Below, one piece after another: positions 38,086 to 51,217 of a stretch of 64,000 nucleotides of DNA (position 1 is the first letter of the stretch; the number at the start of each line of letters is the position of its first letter). Location of the stretch: positions 19,658,406-19,722,405 of the forward strand of contig NC_068989.1 of the NCBI RefSeq assembly GCF_001194135.2, given 5' to 3'. Position numbers and translations under genes: made by a program. Source of the stretch: Octopus bimaculoides (lineage: Eukaryota). The notes below the pieces were generated by a model. That model had not been told where the DNA came from. It saw nothing but the letters and a program-made list of their open reading frames with translations, and did not search any database.

Positions 38086-39414
38086 TCGATCCAATGATTA
38101 GCTCATTGAAAACCTATATCCAACAATGTTATTGGTCACCAGTTGTGATGTAAAATAAGTACATACATAAATCACCATTTCTACTATTATCATCGTTATT
38201 GTGGTCATCATCTCTTCTACCTCAATCTCTATGCTGACGGAGAAAAATATAACAATGTTCTAAGAGATAGACCACAATGGATTCAGCAAGGTGTGATTAA
38301 ATTTAATATCCAGACCGCTACTACTAAAGTCACTAGACAAGTGACTATTATATTAGTGAATACTATATTTGTAGTTATTCATACAGTGACCACTATACTA
38401 GTAATCATTAATATAATGACCACTAGACTAGTGATCTCTCTTTTAATGGACACAATATTGTGGTCACTGTGTTAATAACTACAAGAATAGTATTCAAGTA
38501 TAGTGACACTAGTATGGTGATCAACAGTGATGGTCACTATGTTAATAACTTCAAGTATAGTACATATGTATTATATAAGTACAGTGACCATTATTCTAGT
38601 AGTCATCATTCCCATGGTGACCACTAATTGAGTGATCATTTGTATAGTTAACACTATACAAGTACAATACTGACTTTCTGGAACCTTTCATAATCTGCTC
38701 TAATTTATGAGCAGGAATTTCAAATTCCCACAGCTGCCAAACTAGTTTACTGATGCCTTACTCAGACTAGTATTAATAAACAGTACAGTATTAATAAACT
38801 TGTATCAAAAGGCGGCGAGCTGGCAGAAACGTTAGCATGCCGGACGAAATGCTTAGCAGTATTTCGTCTGCCGTTACGTTCTGAGTTCAAATTCAGCCGA
38901 GGTTGACTTTGCCTTTCATCCTTTCGGAGTCGATAAATTAAGTACCAGTTATGCACTGGGGTTGATGTAATTGACTTAATCCCTTTGTCTGTCCTTGTTT
39001 ATCCCCTCTATGTTTATCCCCTTGTGGGCAATAAAGAAATAAGAAATGTTAGCACACTGGGCGAAATGCTTAGTGGTATTTTGTCTGCTGTTATGTTCTG
39101 AGTTCAAATTCCGCCAAGGTCGACTTTGCCTTTCATCCTTTTGGGGTCGATAAATTAAGTACCAGTTACGTACTGGGCTCAATCTAACCGACTGGTCCCC
39201 TCCCCCAAAATTTCAGGCCTTGTGCCAAGAGGAGAAAAGAATAAACTTGTATCATTTATACTACTGTACAGGTAGCTGTTTTTTGTTTAAGTAAATTTGA
39301 TGCTTGTTCTGGAAAATTGATGTTGTAACTATACTAGTGAGCATTATGTTAACTATGAGTACAGTACTCAAGTACAGTACAAATATAGTGACTACTAATA
39401 TGATGGCTGTGAAG

Positions 39415-39752
39415 GTGCATGGCTCAGTAGTCACATCGAGTTTACAATCAGGAGGTTGTGTGTTTGATTCCTGGGCTCGACTATCTGTTGTGTTCTTGAG
39501 TAAGACACTTTATTTCTCATTGCTGCAGTTCATTCAACTGTAGAAATGAGTTGCGACATCACTGGTGCCAAGTTATATCAATCAGCCTTTGCTTCTCCAT
39601 TCGACAACGTTGGTGGTGTGGAGAGGGGAGACTGATATACATGGGTGACTGCTGGTCTTCCACACACAGCCTTGCCCAGACTTGTACCTCGGAGGAGAAC
39701 TTTCTCGGTGCAGTTTTATGGTCATGCATGACTGAAGGGAGTCTTTACCCTT
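39415..39752 (+). mobile_element. tRNA-derived SINE family 'C'; representative copy
   Basis: Head TGGCTCAGTAGT...GTTTGATTCC; body TTGAGTAAGACACTTTATTTC...CAGCTGTAGAAATGAGTTGC. Similar copies: 17680-17985, 46465-46790, partial 17365-17520. Confidence 0.78.
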
Positions 39753-39818
39753 TAATATGATGGCCACTCATGGTGACCATCAAATTAATACATGTATAGC
39801 ACACAAGCATAATATCAG

Positions 39819-39878
39819 TATAGTGGTCATTAATATAGTGGTCATTAATATAGTGGTCATTAATATAGTGGTCACTAT
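39819..39878. repeat. 15-bp minisatellite (TATAGTGGTCATTAA)x3 plus TATAGTGGTCACTAT
   Basis: Read directly. Degenerate copies in both orientations occupy about 38290-38670 and 39320-39410. Confidence 0.85.
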
Positions 39879-42800
39879 ATTCTGGTCTTTATTATCATGA
39901 CCAAAGATGGTAGGTTGACATTTAGGTTGTGGATTGGCGGAATCATTAAGGAGGCTCTTCACATTCAGAGTTCAAATCCTGTTGAGGTCAACTTTATCTT
40001 TCATCCCTCCAAAATCAATAAAATAAACAGTGGTATCAACTACCCCTACCACCTCAAAATTGATGGCCTTGTACCTCAATCAGAAACAATTATTATAGTC
40101 ATCATCATCGTTTAACGTCCGCCTTCCATGCTAGCATGGGTTGGACGATTTGACTGAAGACTGGTGAACCAGATGGGTACACCAGGCTCCAATCTGATTT
40201 GGCAGAGTTTCTACAGCTGGATGCCCTTCCTAACGCCAACCACTCCGAGAGTGTAGTGGGTGCTTTTACGTGCCACCGGCATGATGGCCAGTCAGACGGT
40301 ACTGGCAATGGCCACGCTTAAAATGGTGTATTTTACATGCCACCTGCACGTGTTCATTAAAAAACTTGTACTCCATTGGTTACGACCAAAAAGGGTTCCA
40401 GTTGATCCGATCAACGGAACAGCCTGCTCGTGAAATTAACGTGCAAGTGGCTGAGCACTCCACAAACACACCTACCCTTAATGTAGTTCTCAGGAAATTC
40501 AGCACGACACAGAATATGACAAGGCTGGTCCTTTGAAACACAGGCACTAGTCATTTTGCCAGCTGAGTGGACTGGAGCAATGTGAAAATAGAGTGTCTTG
40601 CTGAAGGACACACCATGCCACCAGTAATCAAACTCATGATCTTAGGTCACAAACTGAATACCCTAACCACTAAACCATGCACCTATAGTGTCCATGAGAG
40701 TAGGGGTCTTTATATTAATGATTGCTAATGTGGTATACGTTAGTTTTGTCTTGAGTCTTAAGGCTCATAAGTGGTTTGCCCAAGAACACAATGTACCACT
40801 TGATCCTGGATTCAAAACCTTGATCTTATGATCAAGAGTGTAACACCCTAACCACTAGGCCACTTGCCTTCACTACTGGTGTTGTAGTCACCAGTATTGT
40901 GGCTATTCTCAACATTGAGAGTTCCTGAAAATTCCATATAAAAATAAAATATCAGGCAAATACCTTGCTCTGGTTATATGACTCATATATTGCACTCTAC
41001 TCACCTGAGGTTTACACCCAAATATCAGGAACCCATTGACTGGTTTTCATAGGTTTGTCATGCTGTTTTATTGTTGTTTCTTTTACTGTTTTGACAAAAG
41101 GTGTATGTGTGTGTGGGTGTGGGTGTGATGGGGGATAATAAAAAGAACAAATTAGCTTTCAGGGAGGAGGATAGTTACTTACATGGTTGATGTTAAAAAT
41201 TAAGATCAAATGAGTGTGGGACAAAGTATCTTGTAGTATTTGGTTATGTCCATTTATCTACTGATTTTAAATCCTGTTGGTGTTGACTTTGACTTTCATC
41301 CTTCTGGAATTGATAAAATAAATGCTAATGCTAGTAGTGGTGGTGGTAGAGGGGACTGGACTCAATTTAATTGACTGTTTCCTTAAACTTTTTGACACCA
41401 ACCACCTTGACACTGCCCCTAGTTTATGATACAAACTATCTATTTCAACACGATCTTAATTAAAATCTTCCATGAAAATTTTGTACTAATTTATATTCCA
41501 AACATCAGCTTAATAATGACAAAGTTATTTTAAGAAATTCTTTCAAAATTAATTGAAACAAAATCATATTTAAATAGAAATTTGGCAACAAAAAGTTTAA
41601 AGCTTGTGTTCAAGCATAACCATAGTTCAATGATAAAAACAAACAAATAAATAAATAAATAAATAAATAAAAGCAGAAGAAAAGAAAGGAATGATGTAAA
41701 AAAAAAAGTAGTGTTTGCAATAAGTTTTCAATTCCTGGCTTACCCATTTCACTTAACTTGTTTCTTTTACTTTTCCTCTCTGGTTGAGACAGCAGACACC
41801 TCTCACTTGCAACATCTATACATTCCCTGGAATGTGACACACACTCCAATCCACCCACCAAACCAGTTTTCGATTATAATTTTATTGTAATTTCCAAAAG
41901 GCGGCACTATAATAGATTAGTAAATTCTCAACAAACTCAGTTGTCTGGACCCAGTTTCTGGTGCCGTTTGAAGTTGTTCACATATGTTGGGAGTATTGTT
42001 GTTGTTCTTGTTGTAGTTATTATTTAGCCCCAAGACAATAAATTAACAGAATTATTAGGAAGGGCATTGGCGTTAGGAAGGGCATCCAGCTGTAGAAACT
42101 CTGCCATATCAATTGGAGCCTGGTGCAGCCATCTGGTTTGCCAGTCCTCAGTCAAATTGTCCAACCCATGCTAGCATGGAAAGCGAACGTTAAACGATGA
42201 TGATGATGATGATTACACATTGAAGAACATCTTGCAGTATTTATTTTAGTTCTCTGCTCTTTGACTGTATGTAGTAACCAAAACCTTATTTTTCTGATAT
42301 TGACACAGTTTTATATATCTAATCACCACAGCATCCTTTATTTTTCATATCTAGAGATATATCTAGTTCAGTTACAATGAGTACAGGTTCCAATACTCAA
42401 TTTATTACATTTCAACGCATATATAAATCTTATGTACTAAGTATAAAATTATTGGTTTCAAATTTCAGCACAAGGCCAGTAAATTTAGGGGAAGGGGTAA
42501 ATTGATCACATCGCATCTAGTGCTCAACTGGTACTTATTTTATCAACCCTGAAAAGCTGAAAGGCAAAGTGGACCTCAGCAGAATTTGAACTCTGGAAAT
42601 GCCACTAAGCATTTTGCCTAGAATACTAATGATTCTGCTAGCTTTTAGTCTTTACTAGATATAAAATATTAATCCAAATAATATTGGTTTCAAATTTTGG
42701 CACAAAGCCAGCAATTTCAGGGGATGGTTTAAGTTCATTATATTGACCCTAGTGATCAATTGGTAGTTATTTTATCAACCTTGAAAGGATGGAAGGCACA

Positions 42801-44052
42801 ATCAACCGTGGCAGAATTTGAATTCAGAACATGAAGATGGATGAAATGCCAGTAAGAATTTTGCCTGGCATGCTAACGATTCTGCCAGCTTGCCCTTATT
42901 AAGTATAAAATATTAATCATAACAATATTAATATTACTTAAATAATACCTGATTATATTGACTATGTCACCAGTTATGTCAATGACAGTGTTTTAAAATC
43001 AATGTTAAGACCATTGAATATTATAAGTAGTGTTTAGTAAACATTATAATATTGATTTAAAGAAGTATAATAAATATTATTTATTCTCAGTTTTCACTAA
43101 ACTGTTGATATTTTTAACCAAACAATCCTGCCAAGGTCACCTTTGCCTTTCATCCTTTCAGGCTTCATAAATAAAGTACCAATTGAGGAGGATGGATTGG
43201 TGCAATTGTTAGAACATCAGAGTACCTTGTGGTGTCTATCCAGGCTCTTCCTCTTCTGACCACAACACTTGCAGCAACACTGGTGCCAAGTTTTATTAAC
43301 CCTTGCCTCTTTCCTTTGACAACATGAGTTGTATGGAGACTTGCATGCATAGACAACTTCTGATCTTTCATAACATGTTAGCATTGAAACTGGCCATATC
43401 AGACCCAAATACTCTGCATGTTTTATGTGCAAACCAGTCAGATCCAGTGTCTCACACCAAACCTCCGATGTCATTCTAAAAATGAACAATCATATCATCA
43501 AAATATCGAAGCTTTGAGATAATGCATGATTAATTCAAAATAATGTGATTAATAAGCATTACATTTGACAAAGTAATCTGAATACTAAAGAGATAAGCAG
43601 TCTTGTCCAGGCTTGCACCTTGGCATTAAACTTCCCAGATCCATGGTTTTGTGAGACATGCAGAAGGCTCCAGATATTTAACCCAAAGGCATTCCAACAA
43701 AACCATCCAGTCCCATCTATTTTTTATACATAGTGTACTGTTGACTGTTATTTCTTGAAGGTCAAGTACCTAGAATGACATGCTATTGTTGACTTATAAG
43801 AATATTTTTAGTGAAGGTCATAGGCGGCGAACTGGCAGAATCGTTAGCACGCCGGGCGAAATGCTTAGCGGTATTTCGTCTGCCACTGTGTTCTGAGTTC
43901 AAATTCCGCCGAGGTCGACTTTGCCTTTCATCCTTTCGGGGTCGATAAATTAAGTACCAGTTACGCACTGGGGTCGATATAATCGACTTAATCCGTTTGT
44001 CTGTTCTTGTTTGTCCCCTCTGTGTGTAGTCCCTTGTGGGCAGTAAAGAAAT

Positions 44053-45210
44053 CATCATCATCATCATCATCGTTTAACGTCCGCTTTCCATGCTAGCNNN
44101 NNNNNNNNNNNNNNNNNNNNNNNNNNNNNNNNNNNNNNNNNNNNNNNNNNNNNNNNNNNNNNNNNNNNNNNNNNNNNNNNNNNNNNNNNNNNNNNNNNNN
44201 NNNNNNNNNNNNNNNNNNNNNNNNNNNNNNNNNNNNNNNNNNNNNNNNNNNNNNNNNNNNNNNNNNNNNNNNNNNNNNNNNNNNNNNNNNNNNNNNNNNN
44301 NNNNNNNNNNNNNNNNNNNNNNNNNNNNNNNNNNNNNNNNNNNNNNNNNNNNNNNNNNNNNNNNNNNNNNNNNNNNNNNNNNNNNNNNNNNNNNNNNNNN
44401 NNNNNNNNNNNNNNNNNNNNNNNNNNNNNNNNNNNNNNNNNNNNNNNNNNNNNNNNNNNNNNNNNNNNNNNNNNNNNNNNNNNNNNNNNNNNNNNNNNNN
44501 NNNNNNNNNNNNNNNNNNNNNNNNNNNNNNNNNNNNNNNNNNNNNNNNNNNNNNNNNNNNNNNNNNNNNNNNNNNNNNNNNNNNNNNNNNNNNNNNNNNN
44601 NNNNNNNNNNNNNNNNNNNNNNNNNNNNNNNNNNNNNNNNNNNNNNNNNNNNNNNNNNNNNNNNNNNNNNNNNNNNNNNNNNNNNNNNNNNNNNNNNNNN
44701 NNNNNNNNNNNNNNNNNNNNNNNNNNNNNNNNNNNNNNNNNNNNNNNNNNNNNNNNNNNNNNNNNNNNNNNNNNNNNNNNNNNNNNNNNNNNNNNNNNNN
44801 NNNNNNNNNNNNNNNNNNNNNNNNNNNNNNNNNNNNNNNNNNNNNNNNNNNNNNNNNNNNNNNNNNNNNNNNNNNNNNNNNNNNNNNNNNNNNNNNNNNA
44901 GTTACAGCCCATGTTTCACTGCCATGTAGCATGGCTGTTCGTACGCATGCGTCATACAGTCTGCCTTTTACTCTGAGTGAGAGTCCCTTTGTCGCCAGCA
45001 GGGGTAAGAGCTCTCTAAACTTGGCCCAGGCTATTCTTATTCTAGCAGCTACACTTTCAGCGCACCCACCCCCACTACTGACTTGGTCGCCCAGATAGCG
45101 GAAGCTATCGACTACCTCTAGTTTTTCACCCTGGAATGAGATAGAAGTTGTTTCCTGTTTGTTTACAGTCTTTATTGCACCTGAACATCTGCCACAAACA
45201 AATAGGTGTA
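44053..45210 (-). mobile_element. 5'-truncated RTE-clade LINE spanning an assembly gap
   Basis: 44900-45210 translates without stops as FVCGRCSG...LEVVDSFRYLGDQVSSGGGC...RIRIAWAKFRELLPLL...KGRLYDACVRTAMLHGSETWAV (RT C-terminal region). Across the gap lies the 3' tail GCTAGCATGGAAAGCGGACGTTAAACGATGATG. Confidence 0.88.
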
Positions 45211-45465
45211 ACAAATTCTCATTTTCTCACAGTTACAAATGGGACTTTGTTCTTATGTAAGAAAGTATTATTGTTAATTAATGAGGGAGGAATACTAATG
45301 CAGTGACAAGGTTGTGTCAAGGTTATTCTGCAATCTGGTTTCAATTCCCTGTTGGTACAATGTTTCACTTATGTTATTGATTCCTTGCAGAAGACATTGG
45401 TTCCTTCCAAATTCCTCATTTCTCTTAATAAACATCATCATCTTGGATTTGCAATTGGTGTAGGT

Positions 45466-45759
45466 CACTGGTTCCCAAAGTGGATGGTACTTCCCCGTTG
45501 GGGGCGGTGGAGAGATCCAAGGTGGAGGTGCATTGAAGAAAAGTGGGGTGATAATGGGATGACCAAAAAGGGGTGATGGATATAAAAAAGCTCCAAAATA
45601 ACAGGTTAATTAGGTTAAGATTTATTTGTGAAATACAGTTGTTTTGAATTTGCTGTAGAAAGTGGTCTGTGTTTGTGGTAGTAAGTGGGGTGGGTGGGTG
45701 CTAAGAATGTGGCCTGGGTGTCAAGTGGGTGGCAGCCTGGAAAAGTTTGCGAACCACTG
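45466..45759. mobile_element. hAT-type MITE
   Basis: TIRs CACTGGTTCCCAAAG / AGTTTGCGAACCACTG; perfect 8-bp TSD GTGTAGGT. Confidence 0.85.
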
Positions 45760-46924
45760 GTGTAGGTGGTAGAGACCTGTATGAAATACTTTGCTATGTC
45801 GTCTTGCATTTATGGGTTCAAATCCTGCTCTTGATGACTCTTGCCTACCTTGAAGTATCGATCACATATTACTGGTAACATGGAGGACTGGGATTCAATC
45901 TAATGCATCCCCTCTCCCGCTTCCTTTACAAAAGTGACCTAAAGTTTTTCTGTATAAGAAATTGTTTCATCCTTACCAAGACTGTTCACACCACTATCAT
46001 CAACTGGGTCATCACCATTAGTACCTCATCGCTATTACCATCGTCTCTACTACCATTATCGTCATCATCATTACTAACCACTCTCACTATTACCCTCACC
46101 CCTGCCATACCATCACCACACTCACTGCATCACCACCATCCTTATTACCATCACACTCACCATCATCACTATCATTATCTTATCACAACCACCATGATCA
46201 CTGCCACCTCTGCTACTAACATTATCACCACTACTATTATCACTCTCTTCACCACTATTTCTACTGCCATGACCATCTTCCACTACCCAGACCATCTTCC
46301 ACTAACACCACATCCAACAGTACCATCACCATTATCATCATCACCACAGCTATCATCATACTCATAATGATTTCTAACATATTTCTGGACATAGAATAGA
46401 TTAATCATATAGATGTGAAGACTCAAGCACTTGACTGTTACTTATCGTGTATCGTCTTTCAAGATGCATGGCTCAGTGGTTAAAGTGTCGGGCTCACAAT
46501 CATGAGGTAGTGAGTTCGATTCCTGGACCAGACTGTGTGTTGTGTTCTTTACCAGGCTGTTACTCCAGATCACTCAGCTGTAGAAATGAGTTGCAATGTC
46601 ACTGGTGCATAGCTGTATCAGCCTTTGCCTTTCCCTTGGATAACATTGGTGGCATGGAGTGGGGATGCTGGTATCTATCGGTGACTGCTGGTCTTCTATA
46701 AACAACCTTGCTTGGACTTGTGCCTTGGAGGGGAACTTTTTAGATGCAATTCTCTGGTCATTCATGACCAAAGGCAGTCTCCCCCCTTCCNNNNNNNNNN
46801 NNNNNNNNNNNNNNNNNNNNNNNNNNNNNNNNNNNNNNNNNNNNNNNNNNNNNNNNNNNCCTTTTATCATCCTTGAAAAGTTGAAAAGCAAAATAATAGT
46901 AATAATAATAGCAAAACAACAGCA

Positions 46925-47705
46925 CTTACAAAGGAGACTAAGGGCACTACACTTGCAGCAAAAGACCAAGCTTTGGCCACAAATTGAAGGGTCAAACTTA
47001 GAAATGAGCAAATGACTCCAGTATACCAAATCTGAAATAGATTTGAACGAAACTGTTGCCCATATTGTGAATGAATGCTCTCAGCTTGCTCCAAACCAAT
47101 ATATATGTTGTGGTGACATGATGAGGTAGAAAAATTGCTGCATTGGAAAGTTTGTGAAAAGTTGGGGGGTTAAAAAGAGGTAAGATGTGGTATGAACATA
47201 AATCACAGAGAGCCGCCAAGTCGGAGCCCTGTAAAATTCCGTGGGATTTCCCAATCTAAACAGACCAGGTGCTTGAGCACAATAAGTGTAATCTGGTGGT
47301 AGTGGACAAGGTGAACCACATGTGCTCTATAATTGAAGTTGTGTACCCCTTATACACAGGAACAGTTAAGTAGCAAGGTGCAAAATGTGACATATATGAT
47401 CCTCTTAAATAGTAGATAGCTCAACTGTGGAAAATTAAAAAGGTGAAGATAGTGTCAATTATTATTGGGGCCTTGGAGACAGTATCTGAAGGTTTTAAGA
47501 AGAATATAAAAGAAATGGGTATAGAATGCTCAGTGGAGCGGTTACAAAAATGGTTTGCCTCCTTCACACAGCTAGAATCATCAGCAAAGTAGTTAGATAG
47601 TTGAAGAGAACAGACAGCAAGCTAATTACTCATGGAAGACTGTAGGAGTTCCAACAAAACCAAAGTTAAAATAACAACAACAACAACAACAACAATAATA
47701 ATAAA
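46925..47705 (+). mobile_element. Decayed R4/Dong-type (RLE) non-LTR retrotransposon 3' fragment with (AAC/AAT)n tail
   Basis: Pieces read KETKGTTLAAKDQAL..., ETVAHIVNECSQLA...HDEV..LLHWKVCEK, KIPWDFPI*TDQVLEHNK.NLVVVDK, and QLWKIKKVKIVSIIIGALETVSEGFKK...RLQK...TARIISKV*. This matches the CCHC knuckle plus restriction-like endonuclease. Confidence 0.78.
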
Positions 47706-47962
47706 GGATGAACCTGAGTCAAATCAATGATGATAATAACCCTTTCTACTATAGGCACAAAGCCAGCAATTTTGGTGGGGTGGACAAGTCAATTACATTG
47801 ATCCCAGTGAAGTAACTGATATTTATTTTATCAACCCACAAAGGATGAAAGACAAAGCTGACCTTGGTAGAATTTTAACTCCGAACCTAAAGACAGATGA
47901 AATACTGCCAAGCATTTTGTCTGGCTCACTAATGAAGCTACCAGCTTGCCACCTTAATTAAA

Positions 47963-48117
<155 letters not shown>

Positions 48118-48536
48118 AGTTATCTAATCCTCACTGCTCAACATCATCACAATGTTTGCAGACAATGTTGCTGTAAAACTTGTCATTTATAAAACATCAG
48201 AAACAGTTTTTGTTTGGTGGATGAATGACAACACAGGTGTCAATTATAAAAGAGAAATAATTAAAAATAACAAGATATAAATAAATAGCTAAGTAAATAA
48301 ATAATAGCAGATTAATATAAGTGGTTAGACCAGTTTAGTTTCAAACAGTAGTAAATCTCTCCCCGCTACTTCATCACCTCCCCTCTGAAACACAAACAAA
48401 AAAAAAAATCAATCTATTACCAACAATGCATTCTGTTGTGTGTGTGTGTGTTCGTTTCATTGTTTTAGTGTGAGNNNNNNNNNNNNNNNNNNNNNNNNNN
48501 NNNNNNNNNNNNNNNNNNNNNNNNNNNNNNNNNNNN

Positions 48537-48573
<37 letters not shown>

Positions 48574-48930
48574 ACAATGGTATGACAGGGGGTTGGGGTG
48601 GTGTTAGTGGAGGGGAAGTGGTGGTACAGACAGTGAGATGGAAGTGGTGATCTGTTTAAGATAAGCCATACAGACCTTATTGAAGCGGTACATTCTGAAA
48701 ATGACATGGTGTTTGCAGAGGACAATTTCTTTCATTTTGAGCACATCACTTCTTTTTTGTTTATATTATTATTATTTTACTTTCCTTTTTGCAATCCTTC
48801 TTCATCTCCCCTGTCTATCTTTAGTGAGGTATGAACTGAACCTTAATGAGTGCTCCCAACTGAGAACCATACTTAAGGCCTCTTCCACTCTTAGCTTACA
48901 AAGATATATCCCTTTATGTAATGTTTAAAG

Positions 48931-49317
48931 CAGTGGTTCTCAACCATTTCTTACTTATGAACCCCTTGTTTACTATTTTATTTTGGGGGACCCCACAAAG
49001 CCATATGATGTTTAAAAACTAGGTTTACTGACACTTCTTTGAAAATTCCTATTTTGTTATTCGCTCATTCATTTGTATAGGTTGCACTATGTAAAATGCT
49101 AGAGAAAGAAATCTAACTGTTTCTTGCTGTACAGACATTTAAATAAAAACTTTTCATGGGTATTAAAATACTGCTGCAGATCCCTAATAAATGAAAACTT
49201 CTCATGGACCCTTAAAATGCTACTGTGGATCCCCAATTTACTATTTTGCTAGCGTGGACCTTGCAAAATCTCATATGGACCTTTGGTGATCATATGTACC
49301 CTGATTGAGTACCACTG
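48931..49317. mobile_element. hAT-type MITE, related to 37174-37836
   Basis: TIRs CAGTGGTTCTCAACC / GATTGAGTACCACTG; perfect 8-bp TSD GTTTAAAG. Confidence 0.87.
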
Positions 49318-49324
49318 GTTTAAA

Positions 49325-49790
49325 GGGACAAAATCCCTGAATAAAAATTGGCTTGACTGGAAGAATCTGTTTTGCAATCCTTTTCTATGGCATTCCAACT
49401 GCATGTTTATAGTACTGGAACTGTGACTTCTCAATATAGAAAAGTTGCAGCTCATCCTGGAGAGACTCCCTGTTCTCTTGAGCTATGCATCCTTTTGAGT
49501 AGCATCACTGCAGAGATCCTTTGGACGAATCCTATTTCATCTGGTTGTATTCCTGAGTGTACTCTTTCAGTCATTACTCAACAAAGGTGAGGATAGGGCA
49601 AGGCATGAAAACTGATTTGAAGATAACAAGTATCAACCTTTCCTTTTCTGAAGACCAAATGCTGAAGCTGGTGCATTACTGTATCAGCACATCAAATTCA
49701 GACTCCTACCTCCCATCACTTGTGAATATGGCCTCAAGATACTTAAACTCCTCCACTTGCCTCGCAAGTTTGTGAGTGAGGAAGGAATAG
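49325..49790 (-). mobile_element. Decayed RTE (Rex3/Expander-like) RT C-terminal fragment
   Basis: Minus strand gives QVEEFKYLEAIFTSDGR*ESE...IFKSVFMP...MTERVHSGIQPDEIGFVQRI...IEKSQFQYYKHAVGMP, with stops and frameshifts. Confidence 0.7.
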
Positions 49791-50396
49791 ATTGTGTCTC
49801 TTCCAGAGGAAGAGTAATAAGATATATGTCTGTCTATACACCTATATGCGTCTCTTTCTCTCTCTTTCTATCTATCTTCTTATCTACCTACCTTTCTTCT
49901 TTGCTTTCTTCCCACTTCTCTCATTAAAGTTCTGTTTAACCTCATCAGATTTCAAAGTGTATTCTGCTTGTATAGGACCTTCTAAGGATAGGTGGATTTA
50001 GTATATAATAAGAGGGGACCTTTCCAGTATTGAAATATAACAATTAAGGTTAGTAAGCAAAACTGCTACTTACTTTAGAATATTGAAATTTATATATATT
50101 TAAATAAAGAGAAAGAGGTGGAGAAGAGGGAGTAGAGGGAGTAGTTGTGAATGGAGGTAGGAAGGTTGTTTATTTATTATTTTTGATAGGCAATTATGAA
50201 AGAAATGCAGAAATTGTGGCAGTAAGTTGTTCAAGCCCAGCAAAATAGTTGATGAGTCCTTGAAACATCAGTGAAAAATTTGTTATTTGATAGACAATTT
50301 GTAAAGGATGTCGATTATGTGAAGGTGTGAAGAAACAGTGCTAGAAGTACTGCAAAACATTTTATCTGAAGTGCTAATGACTCTGTCAATCCATTG

Positions 50397-50432
<36 letters not shown>

Positions 50433-50864
50433 GTTGTTGTTGTTATTAATACCTCTTTTTTACCCCTCACATCACAACTTAATCCAGTATAGATAAAGTT
50501 TAAAAAAAATATTATATAAAAAGTGAAAGTAGAAATCTCAACTAATGATGATAATGACAACAATACTCCTCCTCCTCCTCACCACCACCACCACCACTGT
50601 CATCATCATCAACTTCATCATCAGTACTGCTTTAATCATTCAGATCATCAAATTACTTGAAAAGTAAACAGATGCTGACACACAAATGTTACATAATAAT
50701 CTTTCTTGTAAGAGCCGCAACATTCTCTTCTCAGTAGTAACCCTGACTCTGTTACAACATTCCATTCATCTCCCCCCTCTCCAACCCTCAGGCAAACAGC
50801 ATTGCTGCTGTTACTACATATAACATTGTATGTTCATATGTTTACAAATATTTGCCTTTCACAG

Positions 50865-51217
50865 TTATTTTCTTAGTGTAAATTCCTTGGCCAGCTGAAT
50901 AGGAACTTTACCATTCCTGTAGAAATTCCGTTTGTAGAAACCAGGATCAGAATGATGTAATTTATGTTGTTTAGTCCCAGAATAGCCCTGACTGAGCAGA
51001 CTTATCATCAAAGACATTCTAGTTATGCCCATTCTGTCTTTCTCTTGGCTATTGTTGTATATCCAGAATACAGTATATCCTATGTGTCTCTTCAAACTAT
51101 CAAGGCTAAAATGCAATCTAAGGGAAAACTGGCTTTTGTGTATGTCTTGTGGTCTAATAGAGCTTCTTTCAATACTGTCTTCATGACTAGTCTTGTTATG
51201 AAGAAGAACACTGATAC
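50865..51217 (-). CDS. Candidate terminal exon of an uncharacterised nested antisense gene (116 open codons plus stop after a 2-nt overhang)
   Basis: Acceptor-like ttttgtttatcaaaaatcttaacAG precedes 51217 and the frame is open to TAA at 50865 (ISVLLHNKTSHEDS...KLHHSDPGFYKRNFYRNGKVPIQLAKEFTLRK*). The sequence is unique and non-microsatellite. No family recognised. Confidence 0.25.
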
